In this document: positions 12,666 through 22,572 of the stretch, piece after piece
Position numbering within the stretch: position 1 is the stretch's first letter
How the letters are laid out: each line of letters starts with the position of its first letter
Assembly (NCBI GenBank): GCA_020049855.1
Contig: JAGVLJ010000027.1
Coordinates: forward strand, 7,884-71,883
Origin: Bacteroidia bacterium
GTDB lineage: Bacteria > Bacteroidota > Bacteroidia > UKL13-3
Reading direction: 5' to 3'
DNA length: 64,000 nucleotides
The notes under the pieces: model-generated
Database searches by the model: none
What the model saw: the letters and a program-made list of their open reading frames with translations, nothing else
What the model was told of the DNA's origin: nothing
Position numbers and translations under genes: made by a program

Positions 12666-13259
12666 ATGAGAAAGTACATCGCAGTTTTTTTTATGCTTGC
12701 CGCCTACATAGGGGCATCGGCACAAGAAAAAATGAAGAATAAAGGAACACCTCCACCTTCTAATAAAACGGGTTCCACCACTCCCGCAAAAAGTTCGGAT
12801 GAATTGTCTTTTTGGAAAAACATTCGGATGGGAGGTAATTTCAGTGCCGCATTTGGAACATACACTTATATTCAGTTAACTCCTATTGTGGGATATGTAT
12901 TTAATGGGAAGCTTTTTACCGGGGTGAGTGGGACCTATATTTATCAAAGTGAAAAACAAAGCAACGGTGCAAAAATTTCATATAATATTTATGGAATGAG
13001 TGCGATAGGAAGGTATTCTGTATACGAAGGACTATTTTTAAATGCTGAGTACGAGACCTTAAACTATTCTCTTTATGATGTTAAATCAAATACCGAACGT
13101 AGGGTGTGGGTGAATAGCCCGTTAATCGGTGCCGGATATATTTCCTCTTTCGACAATTTCAGAGGGCCATACATTATGGTACTTTATAACCTTAATTATG
13201 ATCCTAATACTACACCTTACCCAAGCAGTTGGGTTATTCGAATCGGAATGTTGTTTTAA
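12666..13259 (+). CDS. small outer-membrane beta-barrel-like protein, hypothetical
   Basis: 197 aa with a signal peptide (AYIGASAQ), alternating aromatic/Gly-rich strands and a C-terminal Phe. Confidence 0.55.
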   Translation: MRKYIAVFFMLAAYIGASAQEKMKNKGTPPPSNKTGSTTPAKSSDELSFWKNIRMGGNFSAAFGTYTYIQLTPIVGYVFNGKLFTGVSGTYIYQSEKQSNGAKISYNIYGMSAIGRYSVYEGLFLNAEYETLNYSLYDVKSNTERRVWVNSPLIGAGYISSFDNFRGPYIMVLYNLNYDPNTTPYPSSWVIRIGMLF

Positions 13260-13261
13260 AC

Positions 13262-13915
13262 TTATTGAATTATTCCAAGGTGAATTAAAAAATCGCGTCC
13301 TATTTCCGGCTTAAAAACAATGGTAAATAAGATACCCTGTACCGAGCCGTAAAAGTGCGCTTCATGATTAATATTATCTCCTGTGCTGCGTTTTCCCATC
13401 CACCATGAGTAAATCAGGTAACCTATTCCGAATACAATAAGCGGAATAGGAAATGGAATGGGGAAAATAATTATCTTATTCAGCGGGTCGAATAAAATAG
13501 AGGCAAATACTATGGCCGAAACTCCACCTGATGCTCCAAGCGAATTATACGAAGGATTATGATGATACTTAATATATGTAGAAATGTTGGCTGCAACCAC
13601 ACTACTTATGTAAAGTAAAATAAACATAAAGCCTGATTTGCTGCCAAAATAGGCTTCGTAATAATATTCCAAACTTCTTCCGAAAGAGAAAAGCACCCAC
13701 ATATTTACTGCCAGATGTAAAAAATCGGCATGTAACAGGGAACAAGAGAAAAACCTATACCACTCTTTTCTAACTCTTGTTACGTAGGGGTTAAAGATAA
13801 GTTCACTGTTAATCCTGTAATTGGAAAAACCAATCAGACTCACAATCACGGTTAAGGCAACAATTACTTCAGTCATACTATTTAATGTTTTCAAAACTAT
13901 GAAAGAAAGCTGCAT
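13262..13915 (-). CDS. rhomboid family intramembrane serine protease
   Basis: HxxxN-like LLHADFLHLAVNMW, catalytic GASGGVSA and a downstream His (HFYGS). I chose the internal Met at 13915 (13876 is also possible) because the longest ORF overlaps the divergent gene start. Confidence 0.8.
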   Translation of the reverse strand: MQLSFIVLKTLNSMTEVIVALTVIVSLIGFSNYRINSELIFNPYVTRVRKEWYRFFSCSLLHADFLHLAVNMWVLFSFGRSLEYYYEAYFGSKSGFMFILLYISSVVAANISTYIKYHHNPSYNSLGASGGVSAIVFASILFDPLNKIIIFPIPFPIPLIVFGIGYLIYSWWMGKRSTGDNINHEAHFYGSVQGILFTIVFKPEIGRDFLIHLGIIQ

Positions 13916-13941
13916 TTTTGAAATGAAATTATGCGATACAC

Positions 13942-14439
13942 GTGAAAAGAATAGGAGTTGTTTCAGATACACATGGATATTTAGACCAGAACATCTTAAA
14001 TTATTTGAGCGAATGTGATGAGGTATGGCACGCTGGCGATTGGGGTACTATTGATATTTCGGATAAGTTAAAGGCATTAAAAAAAGTGCGTGGTGTATGG
14101 GGAAATATTGATGGGAGGGAGTTACGAATCAGCTACCCCGAGAATAATTTGTTTGAATGTGAGGGTATAAAAGTATTGATTACCCATATTGCAGGATATC
14201 CTGGGAAATATACTACAAGGGTTAAAAAATTAATTCAGGTTCATAAACCGGGAATTGTGGTTTGTGGCCATTCTCATATTTTAAAAGTGATCTTTGATAT
14301 AGGATTTAATCATTTGCATCTGAATCCGGGGGCTTCAGGTATAATAGGATTTCATCAGGTACGCACCCTTTTGCGCTTCACTATTGATAAATCGCGTCCT
14401 AAAGAGCTTGAAATAGTTGAATTGGGTAAAAGATTTTAA
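13942..14439 (+). CDS. YfcE/MJ0936-type metallophosphoesterase
   Basis: 165 aa with a GTG start. Motifs VVSDTHG, AGDWG, GNIDG and CGHSH. Confidence 0.85.
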   Translation: MKRIGVVSDTHGYLDQNILNYLSECDEVWHAGDWGTIDISDKLKALKKVRGVWGNIDGRELRISYPENNLFECEGIKVLITHIAGYPGKYTTRVKKLIQVHKPGIVVCGHSHILKVIFDIGFNHLHLNPGASGIIGFHQVRTLLRFTIDKSRPKELEIVELGKRF

Positions 14440-14462
14440 ACTTTCTATTATATTTGTCATTG

Positions 14463-14993
14463 ATGAAGCGTTTTTCAGCTTTTTTATTGTTGTTGGTTAT
14501 GATTTATAACATTGCCGGATACTACATGATAGTGAAGGTAATGCGGAGTCAATTAAAAAAGCAAGTAACAATGATTAGGCTAAACATGCAGGCATTTCCG
14601 GAATTAAAGATAGTGAAGGAGTCAAAAAAATCTTTGTCCTCCGGAAAAAGTAATCTGGTGTTTGTTCAGACGAATGAGTTTAAGTTACATGGAGAAATGT
14701 ACGATATTATTTCAATGGTTGAACAGGAGGATGGTATCTGGTTCTATTGTGTAAAAGATAAACAAGAGGACAAGTTACTGGCTTGTTTGCAGCAATTGAT
14801 AGATGAAACTGCAACTTCAAAAAATGGTAAACAGATACTTAAATCCTTACTTAAGGATTATATTCCATTGGACATTCAGGAATTGAATTTTATTGAGACA
14901 TTGATTCAGCAAGATTATTTTGTCAGCACTTTTGCTGATTTCTTACCCGGCTATATTCAGCTCCCAGCCAACCCTCCCGAAGTTATTAGTTAA
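14463..14993 (+). CDS. hypothetical membrane-anchored protein
   Basis: First ATG of the ORF. One N-terminal TM helix and no recognisable domain. Sits directly upstream of two TonB-dependent receptor genes. Confidence 0.5.
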   Translation: MKRFSAFLLLLVMIYNIAGYYMIVKVMRSQLKKQVTMIRLNMQAFPELKIVKESKKSLSSGKSNLVFVQTNEFKLHGEMYDIISMVEQEDGIWFYCVKDKQEDKLLACLQQLIDETATSKNGKQILKSLLKDYIPLDIQELNFIETLIQQDYFVSTFADFLPGYIQLPANPPEVIS

Positions 14994-15076
14994 ATTTTAG
15001 CAGCATCCTTTTTTTATTTTACAAATCGGTGGATTATTCTGCCGTGCTTTTTTTTGTTACATTAATTTTAAAACTA

Positions 15077-17521
15077 ATGCATAAATTATATATACATATA
15101 TTGTTTTTTATGGTGACAGTAGGTGTTTCCTACGCCCAGCAAACCATCAAAGTGAGAGATAAAGTTACTCAAACCCCATTAGAGGGAGTGGTAGTGAGTT
15201 ACTCAAATGCTGATAACTCAGGTAATATTATCGGTACTACTGATGCGAGAGGGATTGTTACTTTTCTCACTATTGATACTTCTGCTCATCTTTCGTTTTT
15301 CTTATTTGGGTATAAAACAGCATTTATGAAGTATGCTGTTATTTTAAAAAATGCGGGAGTAGTGAATTTGGATGAAAGTGCCTATCATTTAAATGAGCTG
15401 GTTTTTTCAGCCAATAAAACGGCAGAGAAAAAATCGGATATTCCGCAACAAATTCAAATCATCGGTTCTGGTAATATTCAGCAGGGTAATCCGCAAACAT
15501 CGGCTGACATGCTGGTGCAAACCGGAAAGGTATTTATGCAAATGAGTCAGCAGGGTGGGGGAAGTCCCGTTTTACGCGGATTTGAGTCGAATCGAGTATT
15601 GATGGTGGTTGACGGAGTGCGTATGAACAATGCCATTTATAGGGGCGGTCATTTGCAAAATGTAATTACAATAGACCCCAATGTACTTGACAGGGTTGAG
15701 GTGATGTTTGGTCCTGGTTCAGTAATGTATGGAAGCGATGCGTTGGGAGGCGTGATGCATTTTTACACTAAAAAACCACAACTTTCAACAGGAGATAAAA
15801 TGCTTGTAACTGGTTCGGCTTTTACCCGGTATTCAAGCGCAAATCAGGAAAAAACAGGCAATGTTTCATTGAATATTGGCTGGAAAAAAATCGCCTCGTT
15901 CACAACTTTTACCATAAAAGATTTTGGTGACTTGCGCTCCGGGATGAATAAAAATCCGGCTTACCTTACCTTCGGGTCTCGGAAGTATTATGCCGTTCGT
16001 ATCAATGGCAAGGATAGCATGATGGTTAATTCCGATTCAAGTGTACAAAAAGGCTCTGGTTATTCGCAATATGATATCATGCAAAAGTTTTTGTACAAGG
16101 TAAACAATGACCTTGATTTTATAGTGAATATTCAATACTCCAATTCATCTGATGTACCCAGATACGATAGGTTGACTGAGATGAGTGGAGGAAAGTTGAA
16201 GTATGCCGAGTGGTACTATGGCCCGCAAACCCGATTTTTTGCATCAGTATCGGCTGAATATAAAAAAGAAAATATGTTTTTTAAATCGGCTCGTATCACC
16301 CTGGCAACTCAAAACATAAAGGAGTCTCGTATTGACCGTAGTTTTAACAAAACCAATAAACGTTATCTTGACGAGGAGGTAAAAGTAACTACCATTAATG
16401 CTGATTTCAATAAAGAACTTCGAGAAAAGCATGAATTGCGTTACGGTGTTGAGGTAATGACAAACGATGTAAATTCCAACGGATATTACAAAGATATAGT
16501 TACTGATTCAATGTGGAATACCAAAAGCCGTTATCCTGATGGTGGGAATAAACAAAATTCTTTTGCAGCATACTTTACTCACCGGTGGGAAATAAACAAG
16601 AAATTCATTCTTTCTGACGGTGTTCGTTTAAGCAGTATCAGCCTTAAGTCAACATTTAAGGATACTACCGTATTTCCATATCCTTTTTCTAATGTAAATA
16701 ATAATTTTTCGGCACTTAACGGTAATATAGGATTGGTGTATTTGCCAGGGCACGATTGGAGATTGGTTGTGTTGGCAGCTACAGGTTTCAGGGCGGGTAA
16801 TTTAGACGATGTAACCAAGTTTTTTGATTCAAAACCGGGTTCGGTACTGGTGGTTCCAAACGGACGATTGAAGCCTGAATATGTGACTAGCGGTGAAATT
16901 ACTATTGCCAAAGAATTCAATCACGCTACCTTAGTTGAATTAAACACATATTTTTCATCATTTAGTAATATTATCATTACAGCACCTTATCAACTCAACG
17001 GGCAGGATTCTATTATGTACAATGGAAAATTAACAGCGGTGCAGGCCAACCAAAACAAACGCAATGCTTATATAACCGGATTTACTTTGAATGTAGAATC
17101 GGAACTCACTCCTTCGTTTTCCATGTCACATTCACTTACTTATACCTATGGCAGGTTGAACGATAAAACATCCAACGGAAAAGACACACTTACTCCGCTT
17201 GATCATATACCCCCTGTTTATGGGCAAAGTTCATTTGTGCTGAAAAAGAAAAAATTCAGAGGAGAATTTTTTGTGCGCTATTCAGGATGGAAGTTTATTA
17301 AAGATTATCGACTAGGAGCTGAGGATAATGAAAGTTATGCTACACCTCAGGGAATGCCGGGTTGGGTTACATTTAATTTGCGTACTGAATACAGCATTAA
17401 TAAATTCATTCGTGCACAGGTTGCCTTAGAAAATATGCTCGATACCCACTACCGTTATTTCGCTTCAGGATTTAGTGCTTCAGGACGCAATGTAGTAGTT
17501 GCTTTACGAGCCAATTTTTAG
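15077..17521 (+). CDS. TonB-dependent receptor with N-terminal carboxypeptidase-regulatory-like domain
   Basis: Signal peptide ending SYAQQ, CarbopepD_reg-like segment, plug motifs (GGGSPVLRGFESNRVLMVVDGVRMNN, MYGSDALGGVMHF), long barrel and terminal Phe. Confidence 0.85.
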   Translation: MHKLYIHILFFMVTVGVSYAQQTIKVRDKVTQTPLEGVVVSYSNADNSGNIIGTTDARGIVTFLTIDTSAHLSFFLFGYKTAFMKYAVILKNAGVVNLDESAYHLNELVFSANKTAEKKSDIPQQIQIIGSGNIQQGNPQTSADMLVQTGKVFMQMSQQGGGSPVLRGFESNRVLMVVDGVRMNNAIYRGGHLQNVITIDPNVLDRVEVMFGPGSVMYGSDALGGVMHFYTKKPQLSTGDKMLVTGSAFTRYSSANQEKTGNVSLNIGWKKIASFTTFTIKDFGDLRSGMNKNPAYLTFGSRKYYAVRINGKDSMMVNSDSSVQKGSGYSQYDIMQKFLYKVNNDLDFIVNIQYSNSSDVPRYDRLTEMSGGKLKYAEWYYGPQTRFFASVSAEYKKENMFFKSARITLATQNIKESRIDRSFNKTNKRYLDEEVKVTTINADFNKELREKHELRYGVEVMTNDVNSNGYYKDIVTDSMWNTKSRYPDGGNKQNSFAAYFTHRWEINKKFILSDGVRLSSISLKSTFKDTTVFPYPFSNVNNNFSALNGNIGLVYLPGHDWRLVVLAATGFRAGNLDDVTKFFDSKPGSVLVVPNGRLKPEYVTSGEITIAKEFNHATLVELNTYFSSFSNIIITAPYQLNGQDSIMYNGKLTAVQANQNKRNAYITGFTLNVESELTPSFSMSHSLTYTYGRLNDKTSNGKDTLTPLDHIPPVYGQSSFVLKKKKFRGEFFVRYSGWKFIKDYRLGAEDNESYATPQGMPGWVTFNLRTEYSINKFIRAQVALENMLDTHYRYFASGFSASGRNVVVALRANF

Positions 17522-19770
17522 TGAAGTTTAAATTGCTTTTTTTATTAATCGTTTGCCTGATTGGCTTTAGCGTGGAAGCTCAGCATAAACTTTCGGGAAG
17601 GGTGGAGTGTGCTGGTAGTAAGAATGTGCAGGTATATGTGTTTATTTATGAATTAAACCGGATTACGGCCTGCGACTCTCTGGGCGAATATGAGTTTACC
17701 AATATTCCATCTGGCATGTTCACAATTCAGTTTAGCGCTATCGGGTTTGAAACAAAAGTAAAAAGGATAAGTTTGGATAAGAACCTGCAATTGCATGTAA
17801 GCTTAGAAGTTACCGGATTTGAAATGGAAGAGGTGGTGGTGTATGGCAATTACAGTTCATTGAATAAACAAACTCCATACGCTATTGAACAACTTTCACT
17901 TGCTGAAATAAGGAAACAAGGAAGTTTTAACCTGAGTGATGCCATTGGAAAACTGCCGGGAGTTAGTCAGCTGGGAACAGGCCCAGGTATTAGCAAACCC
18001 ATTATCAGAGGCCTTTCAGGAAACAGGATTCAAACGGTGATGATGGGGTTGCGTTTTGATAACCAGCAATGGCAAGACGAACACGGATTGGGTCTTGGAG
18101 ATATTGGCATTGACAGGGTAGAAGTGATTAAAGGTCCGGCTTCATTAATCTACGGTTCTCAGGCAATGGGGGGTGTGTTGAATATTATAGAAGAAAAGCC
18201 TGCCCCTTTTGGCAAAACGGTTACTGATTTTTCAACCCGAATTTTCTCAAACACACTTGGTGGTGCTTACGATTTCGGAGTCAAAAAAAGTAACTAAAAA
18301 TCATATTGGCGGTTGAGGGGAGGAGTAGAGTCGCATGCAGATTATACTGATGGAAACGGCAAACGTGTACTTAATTCGCGCTTCACTAATTTTGTGTATA
18401 AAAGTACCTGGGGATTCACTGGTAAAAAATGGGTTTCGGTAAATAATCTGATGGCTGCCAACAGTAATTTTGGTTTTATTATGGAAGCTGCCCAACTGAA
18501 CGAAAAACCTGATGCCCGACTTAGCCGCAGTTTTGATATGCCCCACCACACGGTGTATTTTCAGGTGTTAAGTTCGCAAAATACTCTGTTGCTAAACGGG
18601 CATTCAACTATTAAACTAAATGCAGGTATACATTTAAACAACCGTCAGGAGCAGGAAGGCGGTAAACGCGTTGCCATCAATATGCAATTAAACAGTTTTG
18701 CCCTTAATGCTATGTGGGTAGAAAAAATGGGAAACAACTGGGAGCTTTCAGCCGGGGTGCATAGTAATACACAAACCAACCGCAATGCTGGAGCCAGAGT
18801 GATAATACCTGATGCCAATCTTACGGAACTTGCCGGAGTGGTGTATGCCAAACGTGCTGGCGAAATGCTCAATGTAGAAACCGGCCTGCGCTATGACCTT
18901 TCCACCATCCAAAGTTTTGCTACTAAAAATTTCACTTTTGGCGGAATCAATAATATTCAGCCATTGAACAATGCGTATGCAGCATGGAATGCCTCTTTTG
19001 GAAGCAGTTTGGTTATGCACAACAACTGGAATATTAAACTAAATACTTCTACCGGATACAGAACACCAAATCTTGCCGAACTTTCGTCAAACGGATTGCG
19101 TGAAGGAACAATTCGCTGGGAACTTGGACGCATGGATTTAGCCTATGAGCAAAATCTAAGCTTTGATTTTTCGTTAAACTACGAGCACGGGCAATTGGCT
19201 TTTGAGGCAAGTATTTTCAGCAATCGGTTCCTTAATTATATTTATTTAGCTCCTACAGGTAATCAATACATAGGATTTGATATTTATGAATACAGGCAGG
19301 ATAATGCCCTGTTGCAGGGTGGAGAATTTTCTGCCGATTATAATCCATATCGTATTTCCTGGTTGGGATTTCATGGCTCGTTCAGTACTGTGGTTGGGAA
19401 ATCCGACAATGGAAACTACCTGCCTTATATACCGGCTAACCGATTTACTGGTGAAGTAAAAGTGCAGCTGAAGAAAACAAAAAAGGCTTCACTTCAGTTT
19501 AAAATTTCCTGCGTAAATGTGGAGGCGCAAAACAAACCATCGGCTTTTGAAACCCGTACCAAAGGGTATTATCTTGTTAATTCGGTTATTGCGTACACCC
19601 TGCATTCGGGAGTCCGCAACATTAGTTGCTCACTCACCGGCAATAATTTGTTTAATCAGGTTTATTACGATCATCTGTCCCGGTTTAAGTATTTTGGTAT
19701 TTACAATGTGGGGCGCAACATCTCCTTCAATTTATATTATCCATTAACAATAAGAAAAAATAAACATTAA
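17521..19770 (+). pseudogene. TonB-dependent receptor interrupted by a single in-frame TAA (18295-18297)
   Basis: ORFs 17521-18297 (signal, CarbopepD_reg-like domain, plug: IIRGLSGNRIQTVMMG, IYGSQAMGGVLNI) and 18313-19770 (barrel) are in the same frame. Only one TAA separates them, and the sequence reads through as GVKKSN*KSYWRLRGGVESHADY. Confidence 0.65.
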
Positions 19771-19772
19771 AG

Positions 19773-20189
19773 ATGAAAATAAAATCAATTGATCAATTTA
19801 TGGCTGTATTTGTTGCAGCATCTGTAATTCTGTTGTCTTCCTGCAAAAAAGAAGAGGACGAACGCGTGCCGCCCGATTTGTCATTTAATATGGGAGTAGG
19901 ATACACTTTTGCTGAGAAAACCGTATTGGTTGACGACAGTGTGATTATCGGAGCCATTGCTACCCGTAAAGAAGATGATTTAAAAAGCTTTAATATCTCG
20001 GTATTGTATGACGGGGCTCTTGCTGCCAATTATTTCACTTATTTTATGACCGCAGCCGAAACTGGATACTACGCAAAAGAACTTCGAATAAAAACCCGCA
20101 GCCAGACAGGCACCGAGAAATGGATTTTTTCTGTAACCGATAAGGATGGGAATATTACCCAGAAAACCATCACGCTTACGGTTCAATAA
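19773..20189 (+). CDS. hypothetical lipoprotein
   Basis: 138 aa with lipobox LLSSC. Starts 2 nt after the receptor gene stop. Confidence 0.55.
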   Translation: MKIKSIDQFMAVFVAASVILLSSCKKEEDERVPPDLSFNMGVGYTFAEKTVLVDDSVIIGAIATRKEDDLKSFNISVLYDGALAANYFTYFMTAAETGYYAKELRIKTRSQTGTEKWIFSVTDKDGNITQKTITLTVQ

Positions 20190-20228
20190 GAAAGTTTTTA
20201 GAGGGGTTGATATTAAAAATAAGATGCT

Positions 20229-20236
20229 TATATTTG
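20229..20236 (+). promoter_or_regulatory. Bacteroidota -7 box TATATTTG
   Basis: Perfect TAnnTTTG, 23 nt upstream of the ATG at 20259. Confidence 0.45.
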
Positions 20237-20258
20237 CAGCCTTAATTTTTTGATTACC

Positions 20259-20399
20259 ATGGCAACCACCAGATTAAAAAGAAAAAACAGGTTGAACAAA
20301 ACCGTTTCAAGGCAAAAAAAAACCTTGTTAAAGAAGAACAGCATTATTGTTAGCGTGAAATCTCCCTATAAAGACAAAACCGGAATTATAGAAGAATAA
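20259..20399 (+). CDS. small, highly basic 46-aa protein (absent from the ORF track because it is under 60 aa)
   Basis: ATG...TAA encodes MATTRLKRKNRLNKTVSRQKKTLLKKNSIIVSVKSPYKDKTGIIEE. It is bracketed by a consensus -7 box and a strong intrinsic terminator. Confidence 0.45.
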   Translation: MATTRLKRKNRLNKTVSRQKKTLLKKNSIIVSVKSPYKDKTGIIEE

Positions 20400-20420
20400 G
20401 GTTTTAACCTTTTGATAGAG

Positions 20421-20454
20421 AGGACTGCGACCAAAAAAGGTGCAGTCCTTTTTT
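20421..20454 (+). terminator. intrinsic terminator
   Basis: Stem aggactgc(g)acc / ggtgcagtcct followed by a T6 run. Confidence 0.7.
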
Positions 20455-20500
20455 AGTTATTGTTAAGCTGGTTGTTCGTTAGAATAGAATAGCGGAAAAT

Positions 20501-20534
20501 AAAAAAGGCTTCTGATTACCAGAAGCCTTTTTTG
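20501..20534. terminator. bidirectional intrinsic terminator
   Basis: A6, then a 10-bp perfect stem (aaggcttctg / cagaagcctt) with a 5-nt loop, then T6. Directly abuts the 3' end of tRNA-Leu on the minus strand. Confidence 0.7.
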
Positions 20535-20618
20535 TGCCCAGGAGGAGACTCGAACTCCTACACCAGTAAAGGCACCACCCCCTCAAGATGGCGTGTCTAC
20601 CAATTTCACCACCTGGGC
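20535..20618 (-). tRNA. tRNA-Leu (anticodon GAG)
   Basis: The reverse complement folds as a cloverleaf. Acceptor GCCCAGG/CCTGGGC, anticodon stem CCATC/GGTGG with loop TTGAGGG, long variable arm and T-loop GGAGTTCGAGTCTCC. Confidence 0.9.
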
Positions 20619-20621
20619 TAG

Positions 20622-20692
20622 AGGTATCGAGCAGATTCGAACTGCTGTAGGAGCTTTTGCAGAGCTCTGCCTAGCCACTCGGCCACGATACC
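20622..20692 (-). tRNA. tRNA-Cys (anticodon GCA)
   Basis: Reverse complement has acceptor GGTATCG/CGATACC, anticodon stem GAGCT/AGCTC with loop CTGCAAA, and T-arm GCAGTTCGAATCTGC. Confidence 0.9.
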
Positions 20693-20704
20693 TTTACAGT
20701 GCGG

Positions 20705-20712
20705 CAAAGATA
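20705..20712 (-). promoter_or_regulatory. -7 box TATCTTTG for the tRNA-Cys/tRNA-Leu transcript
   Basis: The reverse complement of caaagata matches TAnnTTTG, 13 nt upstream of the tRNA-Cys 5' end. Confidence 0.4.
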
Positions 20713-20828
20713 AAAGTTTTATCCCGATTAACAACTCCCCTGATTAAAACCAAACTGTGATATTCACTATTGACTAATTCCAGAGTTTGGGCGAATTTGC
20801 CCTGATAGAATTTTTTGCGTAATTTATT

Positions 20829-22469
20829 TCACTGTATGAGTAGTTTAAGTTGATACAGTTGAATATCATTGGCAGTTGTGAGCGAAATGTAATAAACACC
20901 TGTGTTCATTCCGTTTACCGAAAAAAGGAGGAAATATTCATTGTAATCGGTAGCTAATTCAACCATGCCTGCTTTAATCTTTCTTCCGTATAAATCGTAA
21001 ATAGTTACATTTACTTCTTTCAGCAGGTAGCGATTCTCAAATACAATACGAATTGTATTGTGAGCAGGATTTGGATATATCCCGACTCCATTATGATTTA
21101 ATTCTGATGAATCAACCGGCTCAGGTAAATAATATCCATGCAGTAGAAAAAAGGCTGTTCGTGCGTCAGGAATACCATATCCTAATAAGGTGTCGGGGCT
21201 ATTGTATTGATGTGCCGACTGAATTAATGCTTCACGAATTTGCCATGCAGTGGCTTCGGGCTTGCTGCTCCATAAAGATGTAGCCAAAGCACTTATTAAC
21301 GGGCATGCAAATGAAGTTCCACTCCCCTGATATATGTTTCCATCAGTTCCTACAATATAATTTCTGCCCCCTCTGGTTACCAATTCAGGTTTTAACCTTC
21401 CGTCAGAACTGGGGCCTACACTACTGAAGTTTGTTTTTATACCAATACTGTCTACTGCACCTACTGCCAATACACTATCTCCATCGCTTGGGGCTGTAAT
21501 ATATTTCCAATTGCCCGAACCCTCATTTCCTGCCGCATTTATTACTAAAATTCCCTTCGAGGCAGCCATGTCAGCCGCACGGGTTATAATCGTGGTATTA
21601 CCATCCATATCTGCATAGCTGTAATCTTCTAACGAATCTGTCATGCCTTTTGAATATCCTAAGGAAGTACTGAACACATCGGCTCCGATACTATCTGCAT
21701 ATTCAGCCGCCATTAGCCAGTTTTCTTCTTCCTGCCTCGATTCAATAGCATTATTTTCCGTTCGGCACAAAATAAATGAGGCATTATACGCTCCTCCATA
21801 TAAGGCGTTATCAGCAATTGCAGCTATATTTGATAATACCAAAGTACCATGGGAGCCATCGGAATAAACATCAGAATCATTGTTTACAAAATCATAAACG
21901 GCCAAGATTTTATTTTCAGTAAACAGGTGTTTGAATGCCTTAATCTTATCAATATTCATAAACCCGTCATCCATTACGGCAATTATTTTTCCCTCACCTC
22001 TATACCTGTTTGCATTTAATACATCGGTATGAGTAATGCGCAACTGATGTCTGTACCAAGGTACCCCATAATAATCTGGAATGAAAGGGTCTGTTTGTTT
22101 CTCCAGCGTAATGCAGGTTCCTCCACCAGCTTTTACTGGCTCTACCTTTTCAACAAAAGGCAAGCAAATAGTTGCTGCGTATTGCTCGGTAGTTAAAACT
22201 GCTGTTATCATGTTAAACCATTTGGAGACGATAATTGGTTTTATACCCAAAGCGCCCAGTTTTGTCAGGTAATTCCGGCAAACTGGATAATCAGAGTAAG
22301 TAACCTGAATATGCTGCCATTGCCTGCGTAGTATGGAACGAGCCGATAAAAAATCTGATGGCTTACTTATACTGGTGTCTCCTTTATCTTTAAAAATAAT
22401 ATGGTAATTTGTTTGGGCAAAGGCACTCAATCCCATGCAGAAAAAATATACAACTATAATTCTTTTCAC
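20829..22469 (-). CDS. S8 (subtilisin) family peptidase with T9SS C-terminal sorting domain
   Basis: Signal peptide. Catalytic triad contexts AVMDDGF, GSHGTLV and GTSFACP. C-terminal YPNPAHNTIRI...GVYYISL is typical of a Por/T9SS CTD. Confidence 0.85.
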   Translation of the reverse strand: MKRIIVVYFFCMGLSAFAQTNYHIIFKDKGDTSISKPSDFLSARSILRRQWQHIQVTYSDYPVCRNYLTKLGALGIKPIIVSKWFNMITAVLTTEQYAATICLPFVEKVEPVKAGGGTCITLEKQTDPFIPDYYGVPWYRHQLRITHTDVLNANRYRGEGKIIAVMDDGFMNIDKIKAFKHLFTENKILAVYDFVNNDSDVYSDGSHGTLVLSNIAAIADNALYGGAYNASFILCRTENNAIESRQEEENWLMAAEYADSIGADVFSTSLGYSKGMTDSLEDYSYADMDGNTTIITRAADMAASKGILVINAAGNEGSGNWKYITAPSDGDSVLAVGAVDSIGIKTNFSSVGPSSDGRLKPELVTRGGRNYIVGTDGNIYQGSGTSFACPLISALATSLWSSKPEATAWQIREALIQSAHQYNSPDTLLGYGIPDARTAFFLLHGYYLPEPVDSSELNHNGVGIYPNPAHNTIRIVFENRYLLKEVNVTIYDLYGRKIKAGMVELATDYNEYFLLFSVNGMNTGVYYISLTTANDIQLYQLKLLIQ

Positions 22470-22572
22470 TATTGTGCAAGTTAATTCTAATCCTATTAAG
22501 GTTGATTAAAAGGCTCAAAAAAGTTTTTTCAGATTTTTATCATTAACTTTAATTCCAAAATAACCTCACTTT

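Noticed and set aside
13916-13972. Longest-ORF start of the rhomboid gene at 13972.
   Set aside because: It would overlap the divergent metallophosphoesterase start at 13942 and add a non-hydrophobic leader. Internal Met codons at 13915 and 13876 precede the first TM helix.
20535-20830. Possible integrated mobile element or genomic island next to the tRNA-Leu/tRNA-Cys pair, and likewise near tRNA-Lys at 53773.
   Set aside because: There is no integrase, transposase, direct repeat of a tRNA 3' end or phage-like gene on either side. The flanking genes are ordinary chromosomal genes.
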